Source of the DNA: Octopus sinensis
Taxonomy: Eukaryota
Direction: 5' to 3'
DNA length: 64,000 nucleotides
Assembly (NCBI RefSeq): GCF_006345805.1
Contig: NC_043013.1
Coordinates: forward strand, 9,486,001-9,550,000
Shown here: positions 9,984-23,025 of the stretch, in pieces
Numbering within the stretch: the first letter of the stretch is position 1
Layout: the number at the start of each line of letters is the position of its first letter
Notes under the pieces: model-generated
Databases searched by the model: none
What the model saw: the letters and a program-made list of their open reading frames with translations, nothing else
What the model was told of the DNA's origin: nothing
Translations under genes and position numbers: made by a program

Positions 9984-12530
9984 TATATAGATATATTTAT
10001 ATATATATATATATATATATACCTATATATATATACATATATATTGGTATATATATATATATATATATATTTACTACACTCGCGCATCAATTTATCTACC
10101 TCTCTGTTTATCTATATATATATCTATCTAGTTGTCTGTCTGTTTGTCTGTATGTATATTAGATGTCAGGATTATATATATTAAAAAAAAAACTTTTGTT
10201 TATATAAGTCAGAACGCTGATCAGATTTGTTAGATACAAAGATTAGAAAATTGTCAGACAAACTGACAGATCTCTGCAAGATTCTTAGATTAGACGGGTT
10301 TAATTAACTATGCAGAAATTATTGAACTAGACGGGTATCAGATAAATTTTTATAGTCATTTACCAGACGTGGAAAATGTTACGTAATTAAAACTATAAAA
10401 TGTCAGCGTGTAAACAGAAAATTACAAATAGATGTGCAAGGTAGATGTATAAAGAAAAAGCCGCAAAGCAAGCAGACGACAACCAAATTAACATACAAAC
10501 ATTGTAGTTAAACAAAGAAATCAGAGAAGTAAGGTGAAGCAAAGCAAACAAGCAAACAAATGGAGAAACAGGTAGTCCAATAGACAGACGAGGATTAACA
10601 AACATGGCAGTCAAATAGGCAGACATGGATGAAGATGAATAGAAAAGCGGACCATAGTTTTGAAACCAAGTAATAATGGAAGATTGTGGATGTAAAAAAA
10701 TTATCAGTTTATAATGGCAAATTCATCTGAAAATAAACATCGATTTGATTGATTTATGTCATTACCGCCTCTTTCCAAATACGAATGGGAAGTTGATGTA
10801 AATTCTTTGTATGTAACATCGATCGTTCACGGTCGGAAAAATCATAATTGTATTTATAGGCCATTCAACAGTAAATTGTAGTCAATACAGTATCAGAGTC
10901 CTTCTGAATAGGACAATTTACTTTATTTATATAACGATCGTTTTATTAGTCTCATAAAAAGCTTATTGATGTTAATGAAATCTTATTTTTATCTGCATTT
11001 AGAACTAGTTAAAGCCAATAACTCGCTGAATGAGAGAATTGCCATCTGGAAGGAAAGCAAGTGATAACAAAAGTGTCAGATGCCATGTTCTCGACACTCT
11101 TTTTACACTATAAAACACGAACACAATGGCGTGTAACGTTAGATTGTTCTCCAACACATACTAAGCTAATTTTATATCGTTTTTATTCCGAAATACAGTT
11201 TTAAAACCAAATAAAAGAAATAAGCTTTCCTTCAACAGTACAAAAAAATCAAAGATGTTCTCGTCCAAATTAAAAACAACGAAACACGCTCACACACAAA
11301 CAAACAAAACGAACAGAGTAAATACATGCAAATAAATACATATAAATAAGTAAATGAATAAATAAATAAGAGCAAATTATTACATAACAATGAAATATTT
11401 CCGTGTAAATAAAAACAGACAATGGATGCTATACGGAAATTAAGATCAAATGATGTGAAGTTTTAGCTGTAAGCTGCCCAACCAGAGACTCCACATTGTC
11501 GTAAGTATTTGGAGTTAAAAGAAAATATTTTTCGTTAAAATAAACTATCTTTTAGTTAATATCAACCATAAGACGTGTTAAACCATAAAATATTAAGAAG
11601 GATAAAACAGCAAAACTGTGAAGAGTATAGATATTAAAGAATAACACAAAGACGGCGAGGTTGGTGGCGAGAATGTTTGGCAAATTTGTTTAAGATGGCA
11701 GAAGTGAAGGTTACTGATAAAACTGAGTTGTCGTCAGAGCTGTTCGATAACGACGTACGTAGAAGAGACATTTCGTCCAACCAGTACGAAGAAGAGGATT
11801 ATATTTGCAATGTTGTAGGATGCACTTTATGTCGATCTCTTCTTTATGACTATTCCCAACTGATCTGTGACAGCTATGTTTTTTCTTTCGGTTGAGGAAT
11901 TTTCGTCACATTCAGAGACACACGATAAGGATTAGCTACTGAAATAAGCTTTACTATAATAGTGAAGTACTGCTGTCGCCATTTTGCATTGGTATTACAT
12001 TTGGGAAATATAGATAAATAAAGCCGGGTTCTAACATAGATTTTATGCTGTTTGCATTTATCATATTTACAATATATTTTCTTTTCGTTCGGCTTTTGGA
12101 CCGAGGTTATACGACACGTTGAATAATATGGCGCATGTTATCTCAGAAATGACATGACAGTGGGATTTCAGCATGCTTTCAAAACAGATTGGTGCTGTCG
12201 TTAAAATCGAAGAAAATAGACAAACATGACACGCGTTCGATTCTGCGCAACAGCTACACTTTTAACTTTGTAGAAAAGTTTGAAGCCTCTAGCAAAACAA
12301 CTATCATCTGAAATAACTAAATTGTTAAGAAATTTTTATATATTTTTTAATGGTTTTAGAATTTTAAATAGTTTTTAGGATACGACGATTAGTAATTATC
12401 GTGTGATTAGCTGTATTAGACATTTTGTATATTTTTCATATAAGCACACAGTCTTACACGTACATTATTCACACACACACACACACACAATACATACATA
12501 TATATATGTATACACACATATATGTGTGTA

Positions 12531-12574
<44 letters not shown>

Positions 12575-12594
12575 ATGTGTGTGTGTGTGTGTGA

Positions 12595-12642
12595 GTGTGC
12601 GTGCGTCCGTGCGTGAGTGCGTACGTGCGGCGTGCGTGCGTG

Positions 12643-12713
<71 letters not shown>

Positions 12714-12716
12714 TGT
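12595..12716. repeat. (GCGT)n microsatellite
   Basis: Direct inspection. Confidence 0.95.
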
Positions 12717-12932
12717 GTGTAATCTAATACGTTTATGTATTTGTTTTGCAAAATCCTTGATGTGAAATCGTGTGTTGAAACAAATATTGTAATAATCGAA
12801 GTTGATCATATTTTGCTAATTAAAAGACAGTCTCTGTACACTTGATCTTCACTTGAATTTTATTATTATCATTTTTGTTACCTTGTCTAAGCTATTTTGT
12901 TAGACATCTTGTGATCTCTTGTGAAGCCCGTC

Positions 12933-12976
<44 letters not shown>

Positions 12977-13003
12977 TGTGTGTGTATATGTTTGTGCGTC
13001 TGT

Positions 13004-13214
13004 GTTTGTCCACACACCACAACATCGCTTGACAACCGATGTTGGTGTGTTTACGTCCCTGTAACTTAGCGGTCCGGCAAGAGAGACCGATAGAAAAAGT
13101 ACTAGGCTTGCAAAGAATAAGTGCTGAGGTCGATTTGCTCGACTAAAGGCGGTGCTCCAGCATGGCCACAGTCAAATGACTGAAATAAGTACAAGAGTAA
13201 AAGAGTAAAAGAGA
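13004..13214 (+). mobile_element. SINE family D, 3' half
   Basis: CATCGCTTGACAACCGAT...GGCGGTGCTCCAGCATGGCC..AGTCAAATGACTGAA and (GAGTAAAA)n tail. Confidence 0.9.
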
Positions 13215-13389
13215 AACTTCGTGCACAATACCGCTAGGGGTGTCTAATAAAACAAAAGTGCATGGTATTGTCTCATTTACTTACCATTGTGATTACAATG
13301 ATGTAATTCATTCAGCTATTGCTGAATTTTTCTTACAGAACACGTATTTATACTGTAGTATTAGATCCACACTACAGTAATTATGATAA

Positions 13390-14960
13390 TATTAACTTAT
13401 CTGATGCACTTCGTGAAGATTGTGTCTTAGTGCTGGGTCTGCAAGGCGGTGAGCTAGCAGAAACGTTAGCAACCGGGCAAAATGCTTTGCGGTATTTCAT
13501 CTGCCGTAACGTTCTGAGTTCAAATTCCGCCGAGGTCGACTTTGCCTTTCATCCTTTCGGGGTCGATAAATTAAGTACCAGTTACGCACATGGGGTCGAT
13601 GTAATCGACTTAATCCCTTTATCTGTCCTTGTTTGTCCTTTCTATGTTTAGCCCCTTGTGGGCAATAAAGAAATAAATAAGTGCTGGGTCTGCAAGAAAA
13701 AGCAGGGCCTGTTCCCTTCACAGAGCATCCTAGGCCTGTGTGATTGAAACTATGATTGAGCTCCTTCAAGCTTTGTAAATCAGCAGCCATGGGAAAGACG
13801 CAAGCAAGAAGGAAAATCAAGAGGGTCAATCTACTGGAAAGGAAGAACTTAGCGTTATGACTAGTTGGAGAGTATGAAAACAAGAAGTGAGGTGAGGGAA
13901 GGAGAGATGACTGATGGAGGAATATCTGAATGGAAGTTGCTACTTCAGCCAGCTCCGAGAGACAGAGGCCATCAGAGAAGCAATAGAAAGGACAAAGGAA
14001 GGAGATAGCGTGCCAGTATGCCAAAGATTGAAACGTGACTTTCTGCCAATCAGTCGGTGGTCTTTCCTTAATGCAGTCTACGGTGTTTAAGCGTGTGGGG
14101 TGAGTGTGTATGCGCATATATGTGCGTGCTTGTGTGTGTGGCGTGAGTGAGCGTGCGTGTGTGTATACGTATTTCTGTGTGCTTGTGTGTGTGTGTATGT
14201 GTGTGTGTGTGTGCTCGCGCGCGGCAGCTGCAATGTCCCAAATTATGAGAGCAATACTCCGTTTAGAGTCCCACATGGCTTTGTAAAATATCAATAATTT
14301 TTGGAACGGACTGAAGTATCTTCTGGCTCTAAAGAAAAGGGCGAGTCACTAGGATGCATTTCTAGCTGTTAAGGGTGTTATCATCATAGCAATAGAGATC
14401 TTCAATGAGAGTGAGAGCTTTCATGAGGGCTCAAACTGAGTGGTGTTCATGTTAAAGCGATATATATAGTACAGTTAAGTTCTTTTGATATGGGTTTTCT
14501 TGCTGTTGATGAGGACAAAACTGACATTTTCCCAGTGGTTGAGGCCTTTATTAGTGGATTCAATGTGTGTTTGGGATGTGATTCTAGAATGAGGGTGGAT
14601 AATGCATGCCATGGGAATGTTACAAAGAAATGAAGCATAGTGTCTTTGGCATAAGAGTGGGTGTTATTGGATGTGGCAACAAGTGAGCCATTGATGCTTT
14701 AAAGGAAGGAAATCGGAGGTCAGAACCAAACTCCAGGTCACGGCGGAGATTATAGAACGAGAAGGTGAAAGAGCTACGTTAATAAATGCAGTGATAGAGC
14801 GATTTAATAGAAAGTTACCTGTTCGAAAGGTAAGAATAGTATGGAGATTAGAGATGGGCAGTTTCGGAAAAAAGATTTTCATGCAAGACACAGCTGAAAG
14901 ATTTCTCTAAGGGAGATTATCGAACAGGTTACTGACTAGTTCACAAGTGGATCTAGTTTT
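13390..14960 (-). mobile_element. CR1-group LINE RT fragment, heavily decayed
   Basis: HSYAKDT (YADD remnant), RARRYFSP...LIFYKA, EYCSH.WD, FQSLAYWHAISFLCPFY...GLCLSELA, VFPMAADLQ; split by a (TG)n tract and a SINE. Confidence 0.75.
13446..13679 (+). mobile_element. SINE family C, full length, 17-bp TSD
   Basis: GGCGGTGAGCTAGCAGAAACGTTAGCA...GTTCAAATTCCGCCGAGGTCGACTTTGCCTTTCATCC; TSD AGTGCTGGGTCTGCAAG at 13429-13445 and 13680-13696. Confidence 0.92.
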
Positions 14961-15270
14961 GCGAATATTGTAATGATAGCCATTAAAATTTTAATGAAAA
15001 TTAATTGGAACAGATTATATTTTTACCAAAAGGGAAACTTGGTTTGGTTTGGTAATGAAATATAATGATTCATTGTCAATATCTCTGTATAAAATATGCG
15101 AGTGTGTGTGTGGTGTGTGTGTGTGTGTGTGTATACACTCAACACATATGTATATATATATACATATATACAAATATAGTTATGGTACATTTAGAGTCAA
15201 GAACCACGCTCCTTGTTGACTTAAAATTTTTTAATTATATATATATATATATGTAAATGTAAATATTTGT

Positions 15271-15317
<47 letters not shown>

Positions 15318-15338
15318 AATATTTGTAGAGATGTATGC

Positions 15339-15381
<43 letters not shown>

Positions 15382-16436
15382 ACATCTGGACATATGTATA
15401 TTTGTATATGTATCCATACATATATATATATATATATATATGCATGCATATCCATATATACATTCATACTGACAGAAAGACAGATAAACGTATCTGTGTG
15501 TGCGTGTATAGTCTATGCGTATGTGTTCGCATGTATATATGTATGTATGTATGTATGTATGCATGCATGTATTTGTGTATGTATGTGTGCATATTCATTT
15601 ATGTATCTATGTATGTCTCAATATGTATTTATATATACTTGGATATAATGGTTATAAACGAATGTAAATGTGTATGAATTTCTCTCCTTCCATCTTACTC
15701 TCTCTGCCCCCCCTCTCTCTCTCTCTGTGATCTTTTGTGTGTATGTATAATGAAATTGTTTAAATTCGTCTTATTCTCAATTACAACAAAAATCTTCAAA
15801 AAAGTATTCACTTCCTTTTTCTTACTCATTGCACCTAATGTACCTTTTAAAAGGTGAGTGCACTACAAAACATGTTGCATATTACTTCAAACATCCAGTA
15901 ACAAAGTGCAGAATGTAAAACAATACAAAACCCTCTATTTGGATCTAAAGAGGAATTTTCAAACAATTGCGTGTATGTGTATACATATATATATTCATAC
16001 ATATACAGATATATCTATATATGCATACAAGTGTAAATATATATATATATGTACCTGTATATAAATATGCATATTTGTTCATATATATAATATATATATA
16101 TATATATATGTTACGGATATATACACATATTCTTATATATGTGATTGCGTGTGTGTGTATTTATATATACATATGTATATATATATATATATTATATATA
16201 TATATAATATTATATTCAATATGTTAAGTTATGTATTGTATGTATGTATGTATGTATGTATGTATGTATGTATGTATGTATGTATGTATGTATACTCGTA
16301 TAAACATGGAAACTATAATTACTTATATTTGTTGTCTTGTTTTTATATTTCAAATTTATTCGCTTTGCCTACAAATTTGTGATCATTTAAGGGTTCTTCA
16401 CCATTACTTTTATTGTTTTAATAGCGGCAGTTGTAA

Positions 16437-16471
<35 letters not shown>

Positions 16472-16472
16472 C

Positions 16473-16516
<44 letters not shown>

Positions 16517-16933
16517 ATATCTATTACTATTTTTCTGTTACCGTTTAGCATTCTTTTTCTGGTTCTTGTTGTTGCTTGCGTTTAGTTCCACTTCATTCCC
16601 CATCGAACAGACCTATGACCAAAAGGATACTAGACATGGCTATCTCGTCTTTTTATTCGGGTAAACTAAACCCTAAGCATCATTATCCAATGCGCTCTCT
16701 ATTTTTATGTTAGGAGAGTGTGGTTTGTGGGAGACTTGACTGTCAAATCAAGGACTGCGATCGCACACATTAAAGCAATCTCATAAGCTTTTAGCTGTTA
16801 TCTGTGCTGACAATGATGATGATGAAGAGACGTTTGATGTCATACCAGTCAGCGTTGTATCAGTGACGCCAAATAAGCGGCGCCGAAACGGCTTTTCGAA
16901 GACGTCTCATTACCTTACGTCCAGAAAACTTAC

Positions 16934-17064
16934 CCTGATGAACATACAACATATCCAAACCAATAAATTATCTTGAGATAAATTCAGTTTCAAGACCGGA
17001 TGTTATCTACTCCTAAAATATTGCCAAACCAGTTTTGCTAGTTGGCTATTCAGATGTTGGCCTA
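16934..17064 (-). other. candidate spliced exon with stops in all frames (5' UTR/first coding or lncRNA exon)
   Basis: Acceptor TTTTCATTTCACATTTTTCATAG, donor AGG|GTAAGT; ends with ATG TTG TAT GTT CAT CAG G. Confidence 0.3.
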
Positions 17065-17299
17065 CTATGAAAAATGTGAAATGAAAAGCAATATTAACAC
17101 AAATTCAAAACTTTATTTAGATGAAAGACAAAAGATGGAATGAACGAAATTCTTTTTTCACAACCACTACAGTTGTTTTAACAGTCACCTGAGGAGATGC
17201 ACCCAACATCTATGTTGTAAAATAATTTACGGTTTATGTACTAAAGGTGTGAGAAAGCGTTGAAACAATTGTAGGGATTTTGAATAAAGGATCTCGTTA

Positions 17300-17453
17300 A
17301 TTATGGGCGGTAAGAAGCTTGCTTCCCAACCACGTGGTTGGGCAAGTGTCTTCTACTATAGCCTCGGCCCGACCAAAGACTTGTGAGTGGATTTGGTATT
17401 CGGAAACTGAAAGGAGCTCGTCGTATATATGTATACACACACACACACACAAA

Positions 17454-17524
<71 letters not shown>

Positions 17525-17765
17525 AGTGTGACTTTATGTTTGTCCCCCACCAACTTTTTCACCATCCCTTGACACACTATGTTAATGCGTTTACGCCCCT
17601 GTAACCTAGCGGTTCGGCAAGAAAGATCTCGACAGAAAAAGTACTAGGTTTACAAACAATAAGTCCTAGAGTCAATTTCTTCGACGAAAACCCTTTAAGG
17701 CGGTGCTCCAGCACGGCCGCAGTCAAAATCAGTGTAATAAGTAAAAAATTTAAAAGAATAAAAGA
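17300..17765 (+). mobile_element. SINE family D, diverged
   Basis: TTGGGCAAGTGTCTTCTACTATAGCCTCGG (CORE-like), internal microsatellite, 3' half and tail. Confidence 0.85.
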
Positions 17766-17781
17766 ATGTATGTATATATTG

Positions 17782-18150
17782 ACCTCTGGGCATCAAACGC
17801 CCTTCATCATGTTCAGTCAGCTACTATTCTTGGACACCCCACTCTGCGAATTAACGACTGCCTTCAGGTAATCTTGAAATGTTTGTCGGCAAGTGTTCTT
17901 CGGCCCGTCCGTTTTATGCCTCTCATCAAATGCTACTCAAGTTACGAATGTTTTCGAGTACCGTTGATCTGCTAGACGGAAAAAGTGGCAAGCCAGGCGG
18001 AATCGGCGCTCTACAGATTCATAGATGTAGTAAAACAATTACAGAACTGTGATTTTACATCCCACCTTTTAAAAAGCGGTGATGAAAGTATCGTTCATCA
18101 AGAGAATAGGCTCATTCGACGAATATGACACATATTTGGAAGACTGAAAT
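17782..18150 (-). mobile_element. RTE-clade LINE RT C-terminal fragment
   Basis: RRFRLACHFFRLADQRYSK...DGPKNTCRQTFQDYL matches RTE RR.RLAGH.LR...RGRPK.TWR. Confidence 0.7.
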
Positions 18151-18167
18151 GGGTGTAGCCTATCTTC

Positions 18168-18589
18168 TTTACTCTTTTACTCTTTTACTTGTTTCAGTCA
18201 TTTGACTGTGGCCATGCTGGAGAACCGCCTTTAGTCGAGCAAGTCGACCGCAGGACTTATTCTTTGTAAGCCTAGTACTTATTCTATCGGTCTCTTTTGC
18301 CGAACCGCTACGTTACGGGGACGTAAACACAGCAGCATCGGTTGTCAAGCGATGTTGGGCATGGGGGGACAAACACAGACACACAAACATATATACACTC
18401 ACACATTAATATACATATATATACGATGGACTTCTTTCAGTTCCCGAATACCAAATCCACTCACAAGGCTTTGGTCGGCCCGAGGCTATAGTAGAAGACA
18501 CTTGCCCAAGGTGCCACGCAGTGGGACTGAATCCGGAACCATGTGGTTGGTAAGCAAGCTGCTTACCACACAGCCACTCCAACGCCTAC
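18168..18589 (-). mobile_element. SINE family D, full length
   Basis: Reverse complement of head GGCG..GGAGTGGCTGTGTGGTAAG...GGTTCCGGATTCAGTCCC, CORE-like block, 3' half and tail. Confidence 0.92.
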
Positions 18590-18957
18590 ATTGTAGAATA
18601 AATTGCTGTGACACAAGGAACCATGCATGTGTGTGAATGTTTATGTGTATAAGTAGATAAGTGCATGTATGTATACATGCATGTGTATGTATGTACGTAC
18701 ATAAGTATGTATGTATGTGTGTGTGTGTCTCTATATATATGTGCATGTGTGTATGTATTGATAGAGGGATAGAAGTATATATGTTTGTATATATATATAT
18801 GTATGTAGTTATGTATGCATGTGTGTCTACATGTATATATATATATACATTATATATACACATATATGTGTGCATATATATATATATGTATATATGTAGA
18901 TATGTATATATACATATATACACATACATATACATATGTACATATTAACATGCACAA

Positions 18958-18992
<35 letters not shown>

Positions 18993-19196
18993 AACATATG
19001 TTGTTGTCTATAGGTATATGTGCATGCCTATGTATGTGCGTCAGTGTATTCACGTGCTACATGCGTGTATCGATAAGTATGAAACACACACACACAAACC
19101 TATATAAATACGCACATACAATCACACACACGCACGCGCCCACACACACACATACACACACACACACATATATATATATAATATATATATGCTGAT

Positions 19197-19560
<364 letters not shown>

Positions 19561-19954
19561 ACATGTATACATCCGCGTATCCCGTAAAAATCATTCCTTA
19601 TCTCTGTTCCTTCTTTTCTTCCAGGCCAGCCAACCATGCCGCCATCATCAAGGACCATAAAAGGTGTCGCATGACGAAGCCGCTGCAACGTTCCAAAGAA
19701 ACCTTCCTAGACCACACAACTCGACTGATTTTGCCATCTGATTCTTCAAGAAAACCTCTCTTCCCCGTTCTTATGTTTTTTTTTTTTTTTTCACTTTATG
19801 GATTTCAACATCAACATATCCATCACAACATTTTATTGACTTCTCTGATCGCTGTGGGGGCCCGATTCCTGCCCCACATCCATCTTATCCTCGTGAAGTT
19901 TTTTTTTTCACTGATTATCTATGTGTTTCTGTTTTTGAGTGTGTGTTTGGTGTG

Positions 19955-19985
<31 letters not shown>

Positions 19986-20405
19986 TGTGTTGTGTGTGTG
20001 TGTGTGTGTGTGTGTGAGTGTGTGTGTGCGTGTGGTCGTTAACGAGAACCCTTTGCATTATCTTAATCTCACTAAGGTGAAATATTCGGGAAGGAATGAG
20101 GCAACAAGATAGCGGAAACAGTTAATTAATATAATATAAACCACTTCCTATTTTGTAGAATAACATGAGATAATCGATAGCCTAATTGTGTCTCCTTCCG
20201 ATTTTTAATATCTATATTTATATTTATTATATACATAAATATGTATACATATATACATACATAAATACACACACACACTCGGGGATGAAAACACACCAGC
20301 ACCGGTTGTCAAGTAGTGATGTAGGAACAAAAACACACAGATATATACATACATACATGCATAAATGTGTGTGTGTGTGTGTGGTGTGTGTGTGTGTGTG
20401 TGTGT

Positions 20406-20635
20406 CAAATAAAGTGAGACAACAAAGCCAAGGCTGAGTGGAATTTTTTAGGACATTTATAAAGAGAAAGTTTAGTCTTACAGCTGATTCTGGGATATTA
20501 GGGATATCCCTTCATCAGAGACAATGTGAGATGGTTAAATAGAGGGGAAATAGTAGAGATATTTTAGAAAAGGATGGAAATAAGAATTATAAAGAAAAAT
20601 AAGGGAATAAAAGTAAAAAGGAAAATATATGTAGG
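20406..20635 (-). mobile_element. PLE terminal-repeat fragment
   Basis: Contains a hammerhead-like motif; lies next to a (TG)n tract. Confidence 0.6.
20475..20522 (-). ncRNA. hammerhead-like motif, probably inactive (GAAA changed to GAAU)
   Basis: GUCU-CUGAUGA-A-GGGAUA-UCCCUAA-UAUCCC-A-GAAU-CAGCUG-UA-AGAC. Confidence 0.65.
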
Positions 20636-20910
20636 ATGCTACAGTTGCAGAACTACTCACAAAGTTTTGGTCGGCTCGAGACAATAGTAAAAAACACTGG
20701 CCTTAGGTGCCACGCAGAGGGACTGAACCAGGAACCATGTTGTTGGGAAGTAAGCTTCTTACCACACAGTAATATCCACTCATGCTTACATATAAACAGA
20801 TATTCATACATCTACATGTTTATATACATTTTCCCGTATATTCAATACACATGATATTAGATATATACAATATATATGTATGTGTTTGGGCGGGTATAAA
20901 TATATATATA

Positions 20911-21298
20911 CTAGCAGTATCGCCCGGCGTTTCTTGGGTTTGTTTAGACCCTTTAGAATTGGAATTTTTGAAAAGTAAAAATTTTGCATTATGTAGCTTG
21001 TTATTCTCTTTAAGTGAACATTTTTCTGGTTGAAATACACCGAAAAATGGCGACACAGCAGTCAAAAAATCGTAAAAATAGGGATTTTCACAGAGAAAAA
21101 GCACCTTTTTGATGTAAATAATTTTTGGTGCTAACATGGTCCGATTTGAAATTTTTTCTTCTACGGAGAAGAGGCAAGCCTTTCTATCATACTACTCTCA
21201 ATTTGGGTCACTTGCGCTGCAGGGTCTCGGAGGAGATAGTGTTAGTTGAAGGCTACCAAACCTGCCACACACAGACAACTTCAGCTTTATATATATAT
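20911..21298 (-). mobile_element. non-autonomous Helitron
   Basis: Minus-strand 3' end CCCAAGAAACGCCGGG hairpin, 8 nt, CTAG, followed by T; 25/28 identical to the terminus at 52163; 5' end ..TATATATAAAGCTGAAGTTGTCTGTGTG. Confidence 0.75.
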
Positions 21299-21310
21299 GC
21301 TTCTTTCTCG

Positions 21311-21354
<44 letters not shown>

Positions 21355-21629
21355 TATTATATATATATATATATATAGGGAGAGAGAAGAGAGAAAGAGA
21401 TGTTATAATCGGCTGAAAGTTTATAAAAGCAACTCAAGAGCCGAGATTTCGTGCATGGTACTTAAAAAATCCCTCGGCCCGTGATTAACATGAGATGGAA
21501 TGTTCAGGCTTTATTACGAGGAAGTAAAAATACGCTTACAAACTAATAATCAGCAATAAACCTGCAACTTGTTCTGGAGTAGATTGTTGCTGTTCCCGAG
21601 ACCTCTAAGCCGGGTATGAAAGAACGATT

Positions 21630-22140
21630 TTTAGTGGTTGATAATCTGAGTGCCATAACCCTTATGGGTAAAGTGGAGACGCAATGGCCCAGTGGTTAGG
21701 GCAGCGGACTCGCGGTCATAGGATCGCGGTTTCGATTCCCAGACCGGGCGTTGTGAGTGTTTATTGAGCGAAAACACCTAAAGCTCCATGAGGCTCCGGC
21801 AGGGGATGGTGGTGATCCCTGCTGTACTCTTTCACCACAACTTTCTCTCACTCTTACTTCCTGCTTCTGTTGTACCTGTATTTCAAAGGCCGGCCTTGTC
21901 ACCTCTGTGTCACCTGAATATCCCCGAGAACTACGTTATGGGACACGTGTCTGTGGATTGGCTCGGCCACTTACCACGTTATTTCACGAGCAAGCTGTTC
22001 CGTTGATTCGGATCAACCGGAACCCTCGTCGTCGTAACCGACGGAGTGCTTCCATCCATCATGGGTAAAGAGCAGGAAATAATGTAGTTGATTAAACACT
22101 ACCGACTGGATTTAGTAGGTGTCTTCTCTACAAGGTTCTG
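21630..22140 (+). mobile_element. RTE-clade endonuclease N-terminal remnant, split by a SINE
   Basis: After removing the SINE: TLMGKEQEIM*LIKHYRLDLVGVFST, resembling SL.GKE.EL..E..RYRLDIVG..ST. Confidence 0.55.
21674..22060 (+). mobile_element. tRNA-derived SINE (head type 2, tail type Y) with 10-bp TSD
   Basis: TSD ATGGGTAAAG at 21664-21673 and 22061-22070; near-identical to 47228-47612. Confidence 0.92.
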
Positions 22141-22724
22141 TATAATGTCTTTCAATGCTTGCTATATCAATATCGTAAGTTGAACGCATATGTAATTCGA
22201 TTCTGGTCGATGGGTCGCCGTTATTGTATCAAGAGGGGTAGGCATGATTGTGTGGTTAAGAAGTTCATTTCGCAAGCTCTATGTTTCCGGTTCGTATCCA
22301 CTACACTTTACTATAGTCTCAGAGCCGACCATGCTTTATATGTAAAATTTAATGGACAGAAACCCTGCGGAAGGTCTTAATATTTGTGCGGTGATGGTGA
22401 TGGTGGCAGCGAAGTATTTTCTTCGTGTATATTAACAAAAGATATACGCATTGGTAAGAAAACTGATAAACCGGAAACATACTATTTATTCAGTTCAAAT
22501 TTTGCAAACTCTTAAACGTCAATCTCGCCATTATAAATTCAGTGAACCAATGATTGGCCGGTTAGAAATTTGTAACCAACGACGCCATTGCAGTAAAAAA
22601 TCTTTTTAAATTCCACAAAAGCGCGGGTGTGGGTGTGTGTTAAGAAGTTTCCATCACAATCACTTAGCGTTCAGTAACTCAGCGTCACACCATGGAGAAG
22701 TGCCTTCTACTATAGCTTCGGGTC

Positions 22725-22911
22725 CATACGTTCTGAGTTCAAATTCCGCCGAGGTCGACTTTGCTTTTTATGATGTTCTTATACTCCGAGGTCTACTTTA
22801 GGTTTCGTCCTTTCGGGGTCGATAGATTAAGTACCGGTGAAAGACTAGGGTCAATGTCATCGACTCGTCCCCTCCCTACAAACTTGAGGACTTGCGTCTC
22901 CGGTAGAAACA

Positions 22912-22971
<60 letters not shown>

Positions 22972-22992
22972 TGTTATTATTATATGTTATTA

Positions 22993-23025
<33 letters not shown>

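Larger units (their letters stand above)
20290..20770 (-). mobile_element. SINE family D split by a PLE terminal fragment
   Basis: 3'-half sequence at 20290-20340, head half at ~20645-20770, foreign ~230 bp between them. Confidence 0.75.

Noticed and set aside
10997-11065. Possible plus-strand exon (E)LVKANNSLNERIAIWKESK*
   Set aside because: Only an acceptor and 20 codons; the U-box-like impression is too weak to support
19563-19800. GC-richer stretch after TTCTTTTCTTCCAG
   Set aside because: No convincing donor and no recognisable peptide in any frame
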